A program made the position numbers and the translations under genes. A model generated the notes under the pieces. The model did no database searches and was not told the origin of the DNA. It worked only from the letters and a program-made list of their open reading frames with translations. Below, piece by piece: positions 1 to 14,226 of a stretch of 64,000 bases of DNA. The stretch lies in NCBI RefSeq assembly GCF_009914755.1, contig NC_060935.1. The stretch is one strand, 5' to 3'. The DNA is from the human T2T-CHM13v2.0 reference genome, Homo sapiens. Numbering within the stretch: position 1 is the stretch's first letter; each line of letters starts with the position of its first letter.

Positions 1-1532
1 TATTCAGAGCCAGAAACTCCAGAATAGGAACAAAGTAGGGATGTTTGTGGAAAAGAGAGTCTTGTTAAAATAAGTTCCTAGAGGGTAGCATTGATATGTT
101 ACTGGCACTGGATACATTTCGTAAATCTGCAGTTAACACTTTTGTTTGTTTTGCTGTGTAGGTAAAAGAGGTGAGGACGTATTTCTAGATTAATGACTGC
201 GTTTGTGGAGTACCAGGCTTATCCTCCCCACATATCAACTGTAGGAGAATCATGAGACTTTGTACTTCTCATCATAACAACTTTTTTAACTTTGTATAAA
301 TAAAGCCCTGAGTTTTAGATTTGGTTGTTTTTTTCTGTTACTTGGGATTTATTGGAGATCAATAGTGAAGAGAAGTGTCTTTATTTTACCAGTCTAACTT
401 ACCCTTGGCCGAAGAAGAGTGTTTCCTTTAGACTGTTGATATAATGTGAAATACTGACAGTTTAATGGACCCGTAGGTTGATATGTACCCTGGAGGAAAT
501 TTGGGTATGTATTCACACAGCTGCAGATGAATGCAGCATTTGTAAATGGACTAAGTCAGATGAGGATAAAGATGTTAAAAAAAAAAAAAAAGCTTAGGGG
601 CTATCAGTTCTGCAGTATGTTTTATTCTTTTATAAGAGTCTGAGAAAAATGTTTTATGCTGGTAGAAGAGCAGGCATCCTACTCTGAAAATTTTTCTGTA
701 GGTGTGGTCCCTTGGCTTGCTAAATAGGGATCTAAAATAGTTTGTAGTAGTTTGATTTTTCCATCATTGTTAGTATTTTTTTTAATAGTATGAGTATTTT
801 TTTTCATTTTCATAGGTTTGGGTTTTCTTTTTCCTTCGTGACTATCATAAAACATCTGTTATCCAAGCAAAATTTTTTGTTTCTTCGCAGAGATTACCAA
901 CACCAGTTTTCTTGTTTGGCTAAATCTCCTTTTTAGTAGTAGGATGTCAGGCGTATTTTAATTAAATTCTAGCCATTTCTTTCAGTGATTGTGAACTGTT
1001 TTTACCACCTTAGTAGTAATAATACCTTGGATTTATGGAATACTTTTCTATCAGAGAGTTCAAAGAGCTCATATCTATAATTTCTTTTATCCTGTTAACA
1101 TTTCTATGAGGGAAGGGGTACAGTTTATTATTATCACTATCTTACAGAGGGAGAAGCTGAGGTGACTTGCTTTAATGCCGTAGCTACTGTTAACTGCCAG
1201 GACTTATCTGAGAGACTCATACTTGGATGTTCTATGAAATGGAGCTGAGAATTTGAGGGCTACTTTGTGTTTTGGATATCAACAATTACCTCTTTAATTT
1301 TTTTTTAAATATAAAAATACTGTTAAAACAGTGTAACTATCCAAAGTATGTGTGTAGTGAACTATTGGATTTTTGTCCTGTTCTATTGCTCCTTCTTACT
1401 CCAAGTTTATGTATTGTCTTGATATTTTGTATGTTTATATAAATGCGTGTTTTTTTTAAAACAAGTGTAAATGAAATCATACCTATACATACATGGTTTT
1501 GCAATTGTTTTTTTCACCTGCAATATAGATAC

Positions 1533-1821
1533 TTTTTTTTTTTAAGAGATAGGGTCTCACCCTGTCACCCAGGTTGGAGTGCAGTGGCATGTAGCTCACT
1601 GTAACCTCGAACTCCTGGGTTCAAGTGATCTTCCTGCCTCAGCCTCCTGAGAAGCTAGGACTGTAGGGGTGTGCCACCAGGCCCACCTAATTTTTTTTTT
1701 TTTTTTTTTAATTTTGTAGAAATGAGGTCTTGCTATGTTGCCTGGACTGGTCTTGAACTACTGGCCTCAAGTGATCCTCCCACCTCGGCCTCCCAGAGTG
1801 CTGGGATTACCATGCTTGGCC
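1533..1821 (-). mobile_element. AluJ-type SINE
   Basis: Reverse Alu dimer; target-site duplication (TSD) tagatactttt / tagacactttt. Confidence 0.9.
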
Positions 1822-1849
1822 TAGACACTTTTCAAAATGAACTCATAAT

Positions 1850-2036
1850 CAAGGGTTGACAGACTTTTCTGGAAAGAGCAAGTTATTAAATTGTTTAGGC
1901 TTTGAGTGCAGTCATATGTTCTTGTCATATGTTCTTTTTTTTTTTTAAACAATCTTTTACAAATGTAAAAATCATTCTTAGCTTTCTAGCTATTAATAAA
2001 TAGCTGAAGTGTGGGGCCATAGTTTGCTGACCCTTG
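1850..2036. mobile_element. MER58-like hAT DNA transposon fossil
   Basis: Terminal inverted ends caagggttgacagact ... agtttgctgacccttg. Confidence 0.6.
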
Positions 2037-2272
2037 ATAGATATCTGTGTCATCTATTTGTAGGATTAGAGTTTTCAGTGGTGTGTGTATGTTCGTATGT
2101 TCTATTTTGCCTTAATGAACAGTGCTGGAATGAAGGGGGAACACTTAAAGTATCCTTATCTCTTACTTTCTCTGATATGTATATTTAGTCCTTAAAACAG
2201 CTTAAGCTTTCCCTCTGAAAGTAAGGTTATTCCTGTTGTTTCTTGGTGACTGATGGCGTTTCCCATCCACAG

Positions 2273-2350
2273 GGTCCTAACCTGATTATAAAACAACCAG
2301 ATGAGTTGCTGGACAGCATGTCAGATTGGTGTAAGGAGCATCACGGGAAG
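2273..2350 (+). CDS. REXO2: REXO2 internal coding exon ([26 protein letters not shown])
   Basis: cag|GGT acceptor and AAG|gtaac donor; 78 nt, phase 0/0; translation matches recalled human REXO2/oligoribonuclease. Upstream exons lie outside the window. Confidence 0.97.
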
Positions 2351-2957
2351 GTAACATTACCAAATAACAGGATTGCTGCTTTGGGGATCAGTAGCAAGCT
2401 TTTTGCTCCCACACCTGAATCCGATACCATTGTTGGATGGTATTTTAAAAAGGCTTAGAGAAGATTGCATGGCAAGCCTGGGAAACTGCTTGCTTGTTTA
2501 CTTTTCATCTTTGGGACCTCTCGAGATCATCTTCTCCTGAATGTCCTCTTTTTTTTCTCTCCTACATTCAGTCTGTCGCGAACGCATTGTGGATTGTCAA
2601 GTATTACTCAAGTCAGTCTTTTGGATAAGGTTAGACATCAACTTTCAGAGAAGGGGGATTGCTGCTCTCCTGTTAATAGTTGTTTCTTCCCAGAGGTTAA
2701 TATCCTTGGACTTTGAACACCGTCTTTTTTGACTGTGGACATGCTATTAACAGTCAGGATCATAACTAAGTTGGCTTGGATTCTTGAAGAAAAAAAAATG
2801 GTGCAAAGATGGCAGTTGCAATTTGAACTTGAGCTCTAAAAATGGTCTATTTGTGGTTATATTTGCCCATTTTAAAAGTGAAATTTCATTTCTGGATGCC
2901 TTTGAAAACTGACTTTACATGTGTTTTTGGTGGGGGGCTGGGGATTCTCTCTTGCAG

Positions 2958-3069
2958 TCTGGCCTTACCAAGGCAGTGAAGGAGAGTACAATTACATTGC
3001 AGCAGGCAGAGTATGAATTTCTGTCCTTTGTACGACAGCAGACTCCTCCAGGGCTCTGTCCACTTGCAG
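2958..3069 (+). CDS. REXO2: REXO2 coding exon ([38 protein letters not shown])
   Basis: ttgcag|TCT acceptor and CAG|gtaaa donor; 112 nt; in frame with the neighbouring exons. Confidence 0.97.
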
Positions 3070-3304
3070 GTAAAATCCAATCCTGTGTATATCTTATAGT
3101 CTTCCATATGTAGTGGTTCAAGAGACTGCAGTTCCAGAAAGACTAGCCGAGCCCATCCATGTCTTCCACTTAACCCTGCTTTGGGTTACACATCTTAACT
3201 TTTCTGTTCAAGTTTCTCTGTGTAGTTTATAGCATGAGTATTGGGAAAATGCCCTGAAACCTGACATGAGATCTGGGAAACACAAACTTACTCAATAAGA
3301 ATTT

Positions 3305-3730
3305 CTCCCATATTTTTATGATGGAAAAATTTCACATGCACAGAGGAGTGGATTTAGTAATTGTTAACCTTGTGTCGTATTTGTTTTACCTATTTTTTGT
3401 TGGACATTTTAAAGGAAATTGCAGGCATCAGGACACTTCATTCCTAAATACTTCATCAAACATCTCCTAAGATAAAGACATTTTCTTATGTAATACAATG
3501 TCATTGCATTGAAGATAATTAAACATTATTCAGTATCATATGATATCTAGTCCACATTAGATGTTCCCCAAAATATTTGTTTTTGAACCAGGATTCAGTC
3601 AAGGCTCGTGCATTTCATTTAGTTATATTTCTTTAGTCTCTTAATGTAAAACTTTCCACCTATTATTTTTCCCCTGTGTCATTGACTTTCTAAAGAGACC
3701 AGGCCTGTTCTACCAGGATTTTTAAAAGGG
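3305..3730 (-). mobile_element. Old L1MC-like 3' fragment
   Basis: Resembles recalled L1MC 3' UTR consensus; highly diverged. Confidence 0.5.
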
Positions 3731-4395
3731 TGACATTGCCAGAGGGAAGTTAATGTTTCTCTGAAGGTATATGTGCGTTTGTATATGTAAGTCGATGTGG
3801 TAGCTAATACTGTTCTTAAACATTTATAAAAATAAGTTTTGGCATTAAGTACTAGAGCATATATTGTGTAAATGTTTCCGCCAGCCAATGTGGCTGATAT
3901 CTGTTTTAAAGGTCTCATTTAAAATTTAGTGTTTTTAGTATAAGTTACTTTTTGGGGACATAAATATGCATATGATTTGTTTAAAAATTTGGATTGTAAA
4001 TAAAGGTTTATCTACCTATGTGATTCAGTTAAATTTTTAGTGTTAGTGGTGTGAATTTTGTGACACTGGGAGAAAGTTTGCATATCAGGTATGACCTTAG
4101 AAAGTAACAAATAGATTTGTGCATTACATCAAGCATGTGGAATGATAGATTTGTCCTTCTGTTCATGAGAGGTCATTTACAAATTTATAAGGAGCTAAAC
4201 TGACTAAGTACTTGGAAATCTGTACTTGTAAGCTAATCACATTTACCCAAACCTGATTTAGAAATATAGAGGTGCTTTTAGGAATTGTTTGAATTTTAAA
4301 AAATCATCTCCATTTCAAATACAACTTATGAATTTTGATATCCTGTTGTATAATACTAGAAATATAGAGATGCAGTATGCTTCGTGTCTTTCTAG

Positions 4396-4504
4396 GAAAT
4401 TCAGTTCATGAAGATAAGAAGTTTCTTGACAAATACATGCCCCAGTTCATGAAACATCTTCATTATAGAATAATTGATGTGAGCACTGTTAAAGAACTGT
4501 GCAG
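4396..4504 (+). CDS. REXO2: REXO2 coding exon ([37 protein letters not shown]), Exo II motif region
   Basis: ttctag|GAA acceptor and CAG|gtaagg donor; 109 nt; contains the Orn-family GNSVxxD and YRxxDVST motifs. Confidence 0.97.
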
Positions 4505-5307
4505 GTAAGGGCTATATTTAGGATCCATTAAATTACCTCATTTAGCATGTTTTAATTGAGAATTTGTGGAAAGTAATTGGATAGAGCTGTAGAACTAAGG
4601 CTACCAAGTGGGTTCATATCTTCCTCATCCCATTCTTGCTTGTATAGGACCTTAACTTACCCTGGACTGGTGAGAATTGGGAGCAACAACGTCAGACATG
4701 TTCCCAGTAAATAAGCCAATGCCTGGCACAAAATAAGTGCTCAATACATTTTCTGGATTAACTAATATTATGTGGAAGTCTTGTGACTGGGAACATATAG
4801 ATGAAAAGCTCTTAAGTACTTTAGAAAATAGTGGATCGACATATGTGTAAAAAAACGCACCCTGAAAATATACTCTATGATGACTCCTATAGTGAAAATG
4901 TGCGTATGGACTAGTGAGGTCACAAGGGAAGCAGCATCTAACTGTGCTGGAGCAAGAGGAATGGGGAGTCAGAGAAACCTTTACATAGCAAGGAAATAGC
5001 TTTGAAATTGAGATGTGAAGAAGAGTGGAAGTCTTGCAGGCATTTTATTGAGGAGAGAGCATTCAGAGAGAGCAGACAGAAGTATAAGAATGTGAGGGAG
5101 CAGGAAGCTAAGGCAAAATGTGTTAAATGAATCCCAAAGCATTCATTAATGCTGGAGTGCAAAGCATGAGGTTGGAGAAGGTGGGAGGTGGTTCTAGGGC
5201 CTCAAGAGCTTGCACACCATGCCAGTGAAGTTCACTATGATCTTGCAAGGAATGGGGTTCCTTTGAGAAAGTGTAGGTAGAAGAGTGAGTGATAACGATC
5301 GTTCTGA

Positions 5308-5642
<335 letters not shown>

Positions 5643-5689
5643 TGAAAGGAGGCTTTTCTGCCATCTTGGGGAGAAGAATGAACTGGAGA

Positions 5690-6120
5690 AAGGGCAGGGC
5701 ATGGAAATGAGGGGCTTGTATGATAAAAATGTGAGAGGGTCAGTTGACAGACACTCAGTGTTCGAATGAGGTGGTGTGAAAAGGAAGAGGTATAATGTTA
5801 TTCTGATGTTTGTAGTTTGAGCAGCTTTGGTGGATGATGGCAGTGTTCAAATAAAAAGGAGAAGAAGAAGAGTAGATATGGTGGATGGGGCAGGGGAGGT
5901 GTTGACAATGGTGGGTGTGTTTTGATGTATGTTGAATTAGAAGTGTCTGGTAGATTTTTAGATGGAGATATCTAGTGGGCAGTTGCATATCCATGACAGA
6001 AACTCTAGGGAGGGCTGGGCTGGATTTCCAGATTTAGCAATCTTACACACTGATGAGCTTGCTCATAGAAAATATATAGAAGAAAGAGAGGAGAGGGTAG
6101 AAGATAGAGGCCCCGGCAAA
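5690..6120 (-). mobile_element. L2 fragment
   Basis: Diverged purine-rich L2-like text (gatggagatatctagtgggcagttgcatat). Confidence 0.5.
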
Positions 6121-6242
6121 GAAGCAACTTGAGAATCATGACTCAAATGCCATTTTCAATGTTAATGGATTACTTGAAGGAGGTAATTGTTCAGTATATT
6201 TGAGACAGCTTCCTTTGAGAGTTCCATTTCTGCTGTGTATAG

Positions 6243-6296
6243 ACGCTGGTATCCAGAAGAATATGAATTTGCACCAAAGAAGGCTGCTTCTCATAG
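6243..6296 (+). CDS. REXO2: REXO2 coding exon ([18 protein letters not shown])
   Basis: tatag|ACG acceptor and TAG|gtaagt donor; 54 nt, phase 2/2; carries the His of the HRALDD Exo III motif. Confidence 0.97.
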
Positions 6297-6994
6297 GTAA
6301 GTTTGAGTTCTACCAAGCGTTTTCCAGTCTGACACACACTTAACTCCCAAATTCCTGACTGCTTGAAATAATGTCCCTTAACTCTTTTTTCTCGGGGAAA
6401 AGATAAAGTTCAACTAGCATAAACATAACATTCTTTTACTGTTAGGAATTCTGGTCAGGATTCCAGTGTTCCATTCTGAGAGGGTTATATAGCCTTTATT
6501 GCTGTTTCAAAACTCTTAGATAGCTTGGTTTATAGGAATGATGAAACAATCTGTAATCTTTCTAGTAATGAACCGTGTTAACTTTCTTCCCACAGAAGAT
6601 ATGGACTTGCAGCCTTTTGAAATTAGAACACTTTTTGTGTGCAATTCTATAATACAGTTGCCTACTTTGACACTTGTTATAGTTTTTCTGATTGTTTCTC
6701 TTATGTCTGTAGCCTTAGGTACAAGTAGACAAGGAATTTAAAGATCTTGTATATTCATGTGTCCTGTACTGGTTCTTTTCTTTTTGATTTTGTAGTCTTT
6801 CAGGAGAAACATGAAACCTGATGGGAGGTTTAGCAGCTGGCTTCTAAGGGTAGCATTTATTAAACCATTTACTGAACCCCTATGATGTACCTTGCACAGT
6901 TATAGGCAAATAGAGAAAGACCAATCCCTAAAGAGTCTGGCATTCTTACATTATTTTATTGAGTGTATGTAGACTGTAGCACAGGCATACAGGC

Positions 6995-7312
6995 CTAGAC
7001 TACCTTATCTGACACAACTGGGGTATGTTTTGATTTCAGAATTTTTCAGATTTTAGAAAGGTGTTACTACATCTGTATTGTTTATTATCTTGTAGCATCC
7101 CTAACAAGGTTTGAGAAGCAGCCCATAATAAAACACATAGGTATTCTGCAGTGAAACGTGTATATTCACACCAAATGGCATAAGTAATGATGACTGTCAA
7201 TAGCCTCACATTAAGATTGCTCAGGTTTTGCTACATAATAGGTTCTGTAAGTACTGTGGGTTTTCAGGTGTGTTTTGGATTTCAGTTTTGTGGATAAGAT
7301 ATTGTGTGCCTT
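6995..7312. mobile_element. MER46C-like Tigger-family fossil
   Basis: gatttcagaatttttcagattttagaaagg and tgtggataagatattgtg ends resemble the recalled consensus. Confidence 0.5.
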
Positions 7313-8262
7313 TATTTAGCCAGAGGCTATAATTTTGGCAGCTTCGGCTCTGACATATATCCAAGTCCTGGAAAGAAAGCAGATGGTTGCCTTAGCCACA
7401 CAAATAATTGTCATAAAACTCTTGCACTAAAATTTGTGCAGGGAATTCTCTAGAAGTGGCCCTTGGCCCATGATTCAGAGTTTATTGATTTACTTGCACA
7501 CTGTTCTAATAATCTTGGTTACCTGATTTCTCAGAATACAACAGATGAGAAACAACATATTGGAAGAAAAGAAAGGCTCTTAGATGGAGGCAGGCTGCCA
7601 CTGATTATAGCACAAATCACCATGAGAGAGGAGGTAGATCCTCTGGTATGGTTAGGTACTGTTTGATAATTGATGTTTATTATGATGACTGAGTCATGAC
7701 TTATGTTCAAGTGTGTCAGTCTGTTTTGTTGAGGGACATCATCAAGTATTGGGCAATGTTTCTCAAACTGTGTTCCATGAACTGTTTATAAGTATTCTAC
7801 AAATGTGGTCGATTAAGTTTTAGAAATACTAAAATTTATTAATTTTAGAAAATTAATAAATTAGAAATATAGGACAGCTTCCTTTTGGGAATTCATAATA
7901 CACATTAGTATATTAAATGCTTTGCAACTTTTTATTTCAGTAAAAAGTTTACTCTAGTTTTTCTAAACTTATTTGACCGTGGAATTATTTTTTCTCCCTG
8001 TGGAACATGTCGCCATCTTTTGGAACAATTTGGGAAACTTTAATCTTCTATATTTTACAAATTTTTTTGTCAAAAGTTTTTAAAAAACAAAGCATTTAAA
8101 GAAAATTGCTTTTCTGAAATGTTCTACTTTTGATGATGCTAGACAGTGACACTTACAGTAACATCCATTGTTCTTAAGTCGTTTTTTAAAAGTTGTACTT
8201 TTAAAATGATTTTCATCTCCTGGTTTTGGACAGTTCATTCATTGTGGTATGTTTGCTTATAG

Positions 8263-8392
8263 GGCACTTGATGACATTAGTGAAAGCATCAAAGAGCTTC
8301 AGTTTTACCGAAATAACATCTTCAAGAAAAAAATAGATGAAAAGAAGAGGAAAATTATAGAAAATGGGGAAAATGAGAAGACCGTGAGTTGA
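8263..8392 (+). CDS. REXO2: REXO2 terminal coding exon ([42 protein letters not shown])
   Basis: ttatag|GGC acceptor; completes HRALDDI; TGA stop at 8390-8392. Confidence 0.97.
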
Positions 8393-8652
8393 TGCCAGTT
8401 ATCATGCTGCCACTACATCGTTATCTGGAGGCAACTTCTGGTGGTTTTTTTTTCTCACGCTGATGGCTTGGCAGAGCACCTTCGGTTAACTTGCATCTCC
8501 AGATTGATTACTCAAGCAGACAGCACACGAAATACTATTTTTCTCCTAATATGCTGTTTCCATTATGACACAGCAGCTCCTTTGTAAGTACCAGGTCATG
8601 TCCATCCCTTGGTACATATATGCATTTGCTTTTAAACCATTTCTTTTGTTTA

Positions 8653-8674
8653 AATAAATAAATAAGTAAATAAA
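8653..8674 (+). terminator. REXO2: REXO2 polyadenylation signal cluster
   Basis: AATAAA at 8653, 8657 and 8669, about 260 nt after the stop codon, followed by T/GT-rich sequence. Confidence 0.85.
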
Positions 8675-9674
8675 GCTAGTTCTATTGAAATGCAAACCTT
8701 TTTGTACCATCTATTCTTTAGTAGTTTAATTATTGGGAAAAGATGGCTTTTTCTTTTTTAAGTGATATGGCTAATGTTTAAACTCTTGTAATGCAATTAG
8801 GAATCGGTTAATAAGTTCATGTCAAACAGGAAGTGAATATGTTTTGCTTTAGAATAACCGCAGATAAGTTTAAAGAAGCAGATTTGGGCTCGTTGTTAGA
8901 GTTATTGAATTAACAGCACTGGACTAGGCTACTCTGCTACATTCAGGAAATTCAATTCAGACGGATTCTGTAACTAAGGTTTATTGCAAGTAATAATTAG
9001 GGCTTATTTATATGCACAGCAGTGACTGCTTGGTTTACAGAATGTAAATAGCTTGCTGCCCTAGTTCTAATGGTCAGTAAGTAGCTGAGAAAGGATTTCA
9101 ATTCGAACATACTAATTCCTAAGTTTACGTATTCTAGACCACAGTACTAAGGTGATTTCCTAGCCAGAGTGTGCAATAGAATCATCTGTAGAACACATCT
9201 CATTGCTTTGTGCACCTCATTCTGACAAATTCCCCTTGAAGACAAATCAGAATTGGGAAAGGCCCACAGGTTACTTTCCTTTCCTTGAGAACCACTAGGT
9301 GAGAAGACTTCTGTGGTGATGTCAAATTACATTTCATATTACAGATATGAACATAGTAGCGTGATCCTGATGTGTGATAGTTACAGATAGATCACTAGCT
9401 AGTAGATCAGAATAACCCCATAATATTTTCATTTGAGTAACATTTTAACATGTACTAAGTTGTGTTACCTACACTACAGCTGTATCAGTGGAGAGAGGGA
9501 TTGTAGTGTAACTTTTTCCAAATGAGTGAATTAAGACTGAAATTCATGAGTCTACTAAGAATGAATTTATGAAAACATAAGTCTGCTGATCTTTTTGACC
9601 ACTTCTTTCTGGAATGGCATGGGTTTTAGCTTATGCACCAACTTCAGTGGCTTGGAAGGCAGGATTGGGTAGTA

Positions 9675-10146
9675 CAGTTGACCGTTGGACAACACAGGTT
9701 TGAACTGCAGAGGTCTACTTACATGCAGATTTTCTTCTGCTTCTGCCACTCCGGGGACAGCAAGACCAACCCCTCCCCTTTCTCCTTCTCAGTCCACTAA
9801 TGTAAAGATCATGAGGATGAAAACCTTTATGATGATCCACTTCCACTTAATGAACAGTAAATTTATTTTCTCTCCCTTAAGATTTTCTTAACTTTCTTTT
9901 CTGAGAGCTTACTTTATTGTAAGAATATAACATATATATTGTTCCTGATGTTTGTATAAAAAATATATTATCTCTTACATATAACATACAAAATCTATGT
10001 TAATTGACTTTATATTATCAGTAAGGCTTCTGGTCAGTAGTAGGCTATTAGTAGTTAAGTTTTGCGGGAGTCAAAAATTATATACAGATTTTTGGTTGCA
10101 CAAGGGTTTGACACCCCTAACCCCCGTGTTGTTCAAGGTTCAACTG
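9675..10146. mobile_element. Tigger2a-type DNA transposon
   Basis: Terminal inverted repeats cagttgaccgttggacaacac / gtgttgttcaaggttcaactg; TA target duplication. Confidence 0.85.
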
Positions 10147-10149
10147 TAG

Positions 10150-10345
10150 TTAAGAACAGGGCTCTTGAATCAAACTCTTAATTCAAGTTCAGGCCCCTGA
10201 CATACTGAGTGACTTTGGCAAGTTGCTTTTCTAAGTCTCAGTTTCCATATCTGTAAAATGAGGTTAATAACGTTACTTAATGAATTGTTAGAATTAATTT
10301 AAATGCTATTCATACAGTTCTGAGCTCAGCACAGTGAGCATCGTG
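10150..10345 (+). mobile_element. MIR SINE
   Basis: MIR core: tgactttggcaagttgctt...ctcagtttccatatctgtaaaatgagg. Confidence 0.7.
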
Positions 10346-11194
10346 TAATGATAGCTAATGAATATTGATAATAAAGGGTACTATGATTAGTTATGAGGCT
10401 GGAGGCATTATCTTAAATCAGCGTTCACTTAATGCCTATGACTGCCTACATTGTGCTGAGGACTGTAGTAAACTTCACTAATAGTGTGACCTTGACTTGG
10501 TTTAGTGTTTCCAACTAAATTTGGCAAAAGGGTCTTTGCCCTTACTTGGCTTTCAGGAATGTTAAATTCTAATGTGATGATAGATAAGAAAACACTGGGC
10601 TTAAGAAGGGTTCGTAGGAACCAGATACTGCTATTAATGAATGCCTCAAGGTTTCTTCCACACAACTGGCTGGTTTATTCACCTGTTTAACTGTTCAAGC
10701 CAGTTTAAAAATTTTTAACTCCTGGTGTTACTGCTTTAATGCTGTCTTCTGTATCTTAATTGTGTAGCTAATTCTATTGTCCTTTAGTGGAGCTTGTGTT
10801 GAATTTTAATAAAATAACTGGTAGCCTGTGAGTTAAGCAAAACCAGTCTAGTGCAGGTATATATGAAGACATGCTGGTTCAGTGATTAGTTCATTATTTT
10901 TAAGTATTTTTAAGTTAAATTTAAATTTGTAGTGCTGGTATTTAGGATTTCACAGGGGATTCCTGAAGCTATGAAGTAATTTCTGTGAAATGAACTGCAG
11001 TGCAAATTGGTTTAAATAGAACTACAGCTTGAAAAATGATCAGTATATTTGCTTAGTAGAGCTTGCCATTCTAGTGCTCTTGGGGGGCCTCTCATTTGCT
11101 GGTTCGTTCGGTGCAGTAATTGTCCTGCAAGCTATGTTCTTAGGATCGTCCAGGTGTATTTCCCCCTATTAAACTCAAGGTGAATGAATCAGTA

Positions 11195-11480
11195 CAGATG
11201 CATTTTGACTTACAGTGGGGTTACATCCCAACAAACCCATTGTAAGTTGAAACTATTAAGTAAAAAATGCATTTAATAAATTTAGCCTACCAAACATGTT
11301 AGCCTAGCCTACCTTAAATGTACTCAGATCACTTACATTAGCCTATAGTTGGGCAAAGTCATCTTAACAGAAAGCCTATTTTATAATAAAGTGTTGAATA
11401 TACCATGTAACTTAATACTGTAGAGAAGGTGAAAAGCAGAACGGTTGTATGGGTAGTCGAAGTACGATTGAAATAGTATG
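11195..11480 (+). mobile_element. Tigger4b-type element, left part (interrupted by the NOCT retrocopy)
   Basis: TA followed by cagatg...gacttacagtggggttacatcc; internal tagcctagcctaccttaaa. Confidence 0.8.
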
Positions 11481-12822
11481 AGCAGACTCTAGCGCTCTCG
11501 CCAAGACACTGAACAGCAGTGCTGCTGCCTCCTGCACCCAGAGTGTTTGCTATTACCTGACCTAGAACATCTGGAGCCCATAGATCCTAAAGAGCAGCTT
11601 TTTGAGGAATGCAGGGCTGTCGTGGATACTTAACTTCCCTGGTTCCAGAGAGATTTTGTGGATCTGAGGACAGACTCCAGTAACTACCTACCTATTAGAG
11701 TCATGCAATGGAACAACTTCATCCAAGCTCTTGGAAAGACAAAGACAACTTTGTACAATGCCCTGTTGAAACACTCAAGTGAGAAGAAAGGAAGCTTCTC
11801 ACGCTAGAAGAAATCCTATTCTACCAGCCTGATATATTGTGCCTCCAAGAGGTAGAACAGTATTTTGAAACCTTCCAACCACTCCTCAGGAGGCTGGGCT
11901 ATCAAGGCACATTTTTTTTCCCCCAAGCCCTGGTCATCTTGTCTAGGTATAGAATACAACAGTGGACCAGACAGCTGTGCTTAATTTTTCCTCCAAAACC
12001 AAATCAGGCTAGTGAACAGTGCCAATATTAGGCTGATGGCCATGACATTGAAAACTAATCAGGTGGCCATTGCACAGTTCCTAGAGTGCAAGGAGTCAGA
12101 CCAACAGTTCTGCATCGGTGTCACCCATGTAAAAGCACGCACTGGCTGGGCGTGATTTTGATCAGCTCAAGGCTGTGACCTTCTTCAGAACCTGCAAAAT
12201 GTCACTCAAGGGCCAAGATTCCCCTTGTTGTTTGAGGGGACTTCAATGCAGAACCAACACAAGAGGCCTAGAAACACTTTGCTTCCTCCAGCCTCAACCT
12301 GAACAGTGCCTACAATCCCCTGAGTGCTGGTGGGCAGTCAGAACCCCCATATACTACCAGGAAGATCTGGACCCCAGGGGAGGGCAGGCACACCCTCTGG
12401 TATTCTAAGCATGCTCTAAATGTAAGGTCAGCTCTTGATCTGCTCACCAAAGAACAGATTGGATCCAACTGGCTACCATCTTTCAGACCACTGGTATCTG
12501 GTGTGTGACTTCAGCTTTAATGAGGAATCTGATGGACTTACATAAACACTTGTTTTTGTCTTTTTAATCACAAGAGTCTTAACCAGGGATGTTTCAGGAA
12601 ACTGAAATAGGATAAGAAGTTGCCTAACGAAGGATAGAAACATGGGAAGTTTTTGTCATTTCATTTTTTATATTTCTAGCATGCCCTTGGGAAAGGATCC
12701 CATTAGTTTACAAATCTATAGCAAAAAGGTTTTTGCTTTTGCACTCCAGTTCTGGCGTGTATTGTTTTATTTTCCTTAGCATTACATTTTGATTGTTTAA
12801 GGGCATTAAATTGGCTTGTTTT

Positions 12823-12966
12823 AGCTGGGCACAGTGGCTCATGCCTGTAATTCCAGCACTGTGAGAGGCTGAGGCGGGAGGACTGCTTGAGGCCAGGAGT
12901 TTTAGACCAACCTGGGCCACATAGCAAGAGCTTGTCTCTATTTCTTAAATACATAAATAATTAAGA
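12823..12966 (+). mobile_element. FLAM_C-like Alu monomer within the retrocopy 3' UTR
   Basis: Single left monomer with A-rich tail; degenerate TSD aaattggcttgtttt / aaaatggctaatttt. Confidence 0.8.
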
Positions 12967-13112
12967 AAAAATGGCTAATTTTGAAGGTTTTTCAGTTTGA
13001 GGATGCTATAAAAACTCAGAATTGCTTGAATCCTCCATAATTAATCAGTATATAGGAGCAGTTTCTCTAGACAGCATGTCAAGGTATTTGTGAGTTAAAG
13101 AAATGTCAACAA

Positions 13113-13464
<352 letters not shown>

Positions 13465-14182
13465 TTAAGTAACAAATTATAGCATTGTGAACATTTTAGA
13501 ACCATGCAAGACACAAATTATGGAGAAAGTAGTTTACGGTAATTTTCTTAAAGCTTTAAAATATTTTCATTTGGGCTTTAATAAAATGTGTACAAAAGAA
13601 CTATTTAGCCTGGAGGGGGTTTTGTTTGTTATGTAGGTGTAAGTAAGTATCAGGTCTCCTTCATACATTATAAATAATCTTTGCTGTGCCTCCATGTTCC
13701 CCATTATTGTATTTCTGGAAGAGATTCCAATTAGTTTTCAATTATTTAAATGCTAGTAGTATCTAAGCTTTTTAACTGGAATAATATTGGTATACACTTG
13801 AGGTCACTCAGCGTCATCATTATTGGAATGTGCTTCTCACAATAGGTTATTTACGAGCTGAATGTGGTAGTGGCTAAGAAAGTCAGTAGGACTACTTTTC
13901 AGTGATGGGAAACTTTCTGGAAAGCCTGTTAATGGACTGTCATTGACATTTCCTAAGATAGCGAGATACTGTGGTTCAAAACATCTACAAAAGAGAATGT
14001 AAAAATTAGAAAGGTAACGTCGAATTCTCTCCCATTGGTAATAAAAGTAGTAAAGATAACAGTTGAAGCCTCTTTCAAACAAAATTACCTGTTGGTATTA
14101 AATTGATAAATATTTTAACCCATGAGTCATAAATACTTAAAATTAATAAATGGTCTTTTAAAGCTAAAAAAAAAAAAAAAAA

Positions 14183-14226
14183 CAGAAAAGTTGTAAGTCA
14201 AACTGTTTGTAAGTTGGGGACCATAT
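14183..14226 (+). mobile_element. Tigger4b-type element, right end
   Basis: gtaagtcaaactgtttgtaagttggggaccat matches the recalled Tigger4 3' terminus, directly after the poly(A). Confidence 0.7.
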
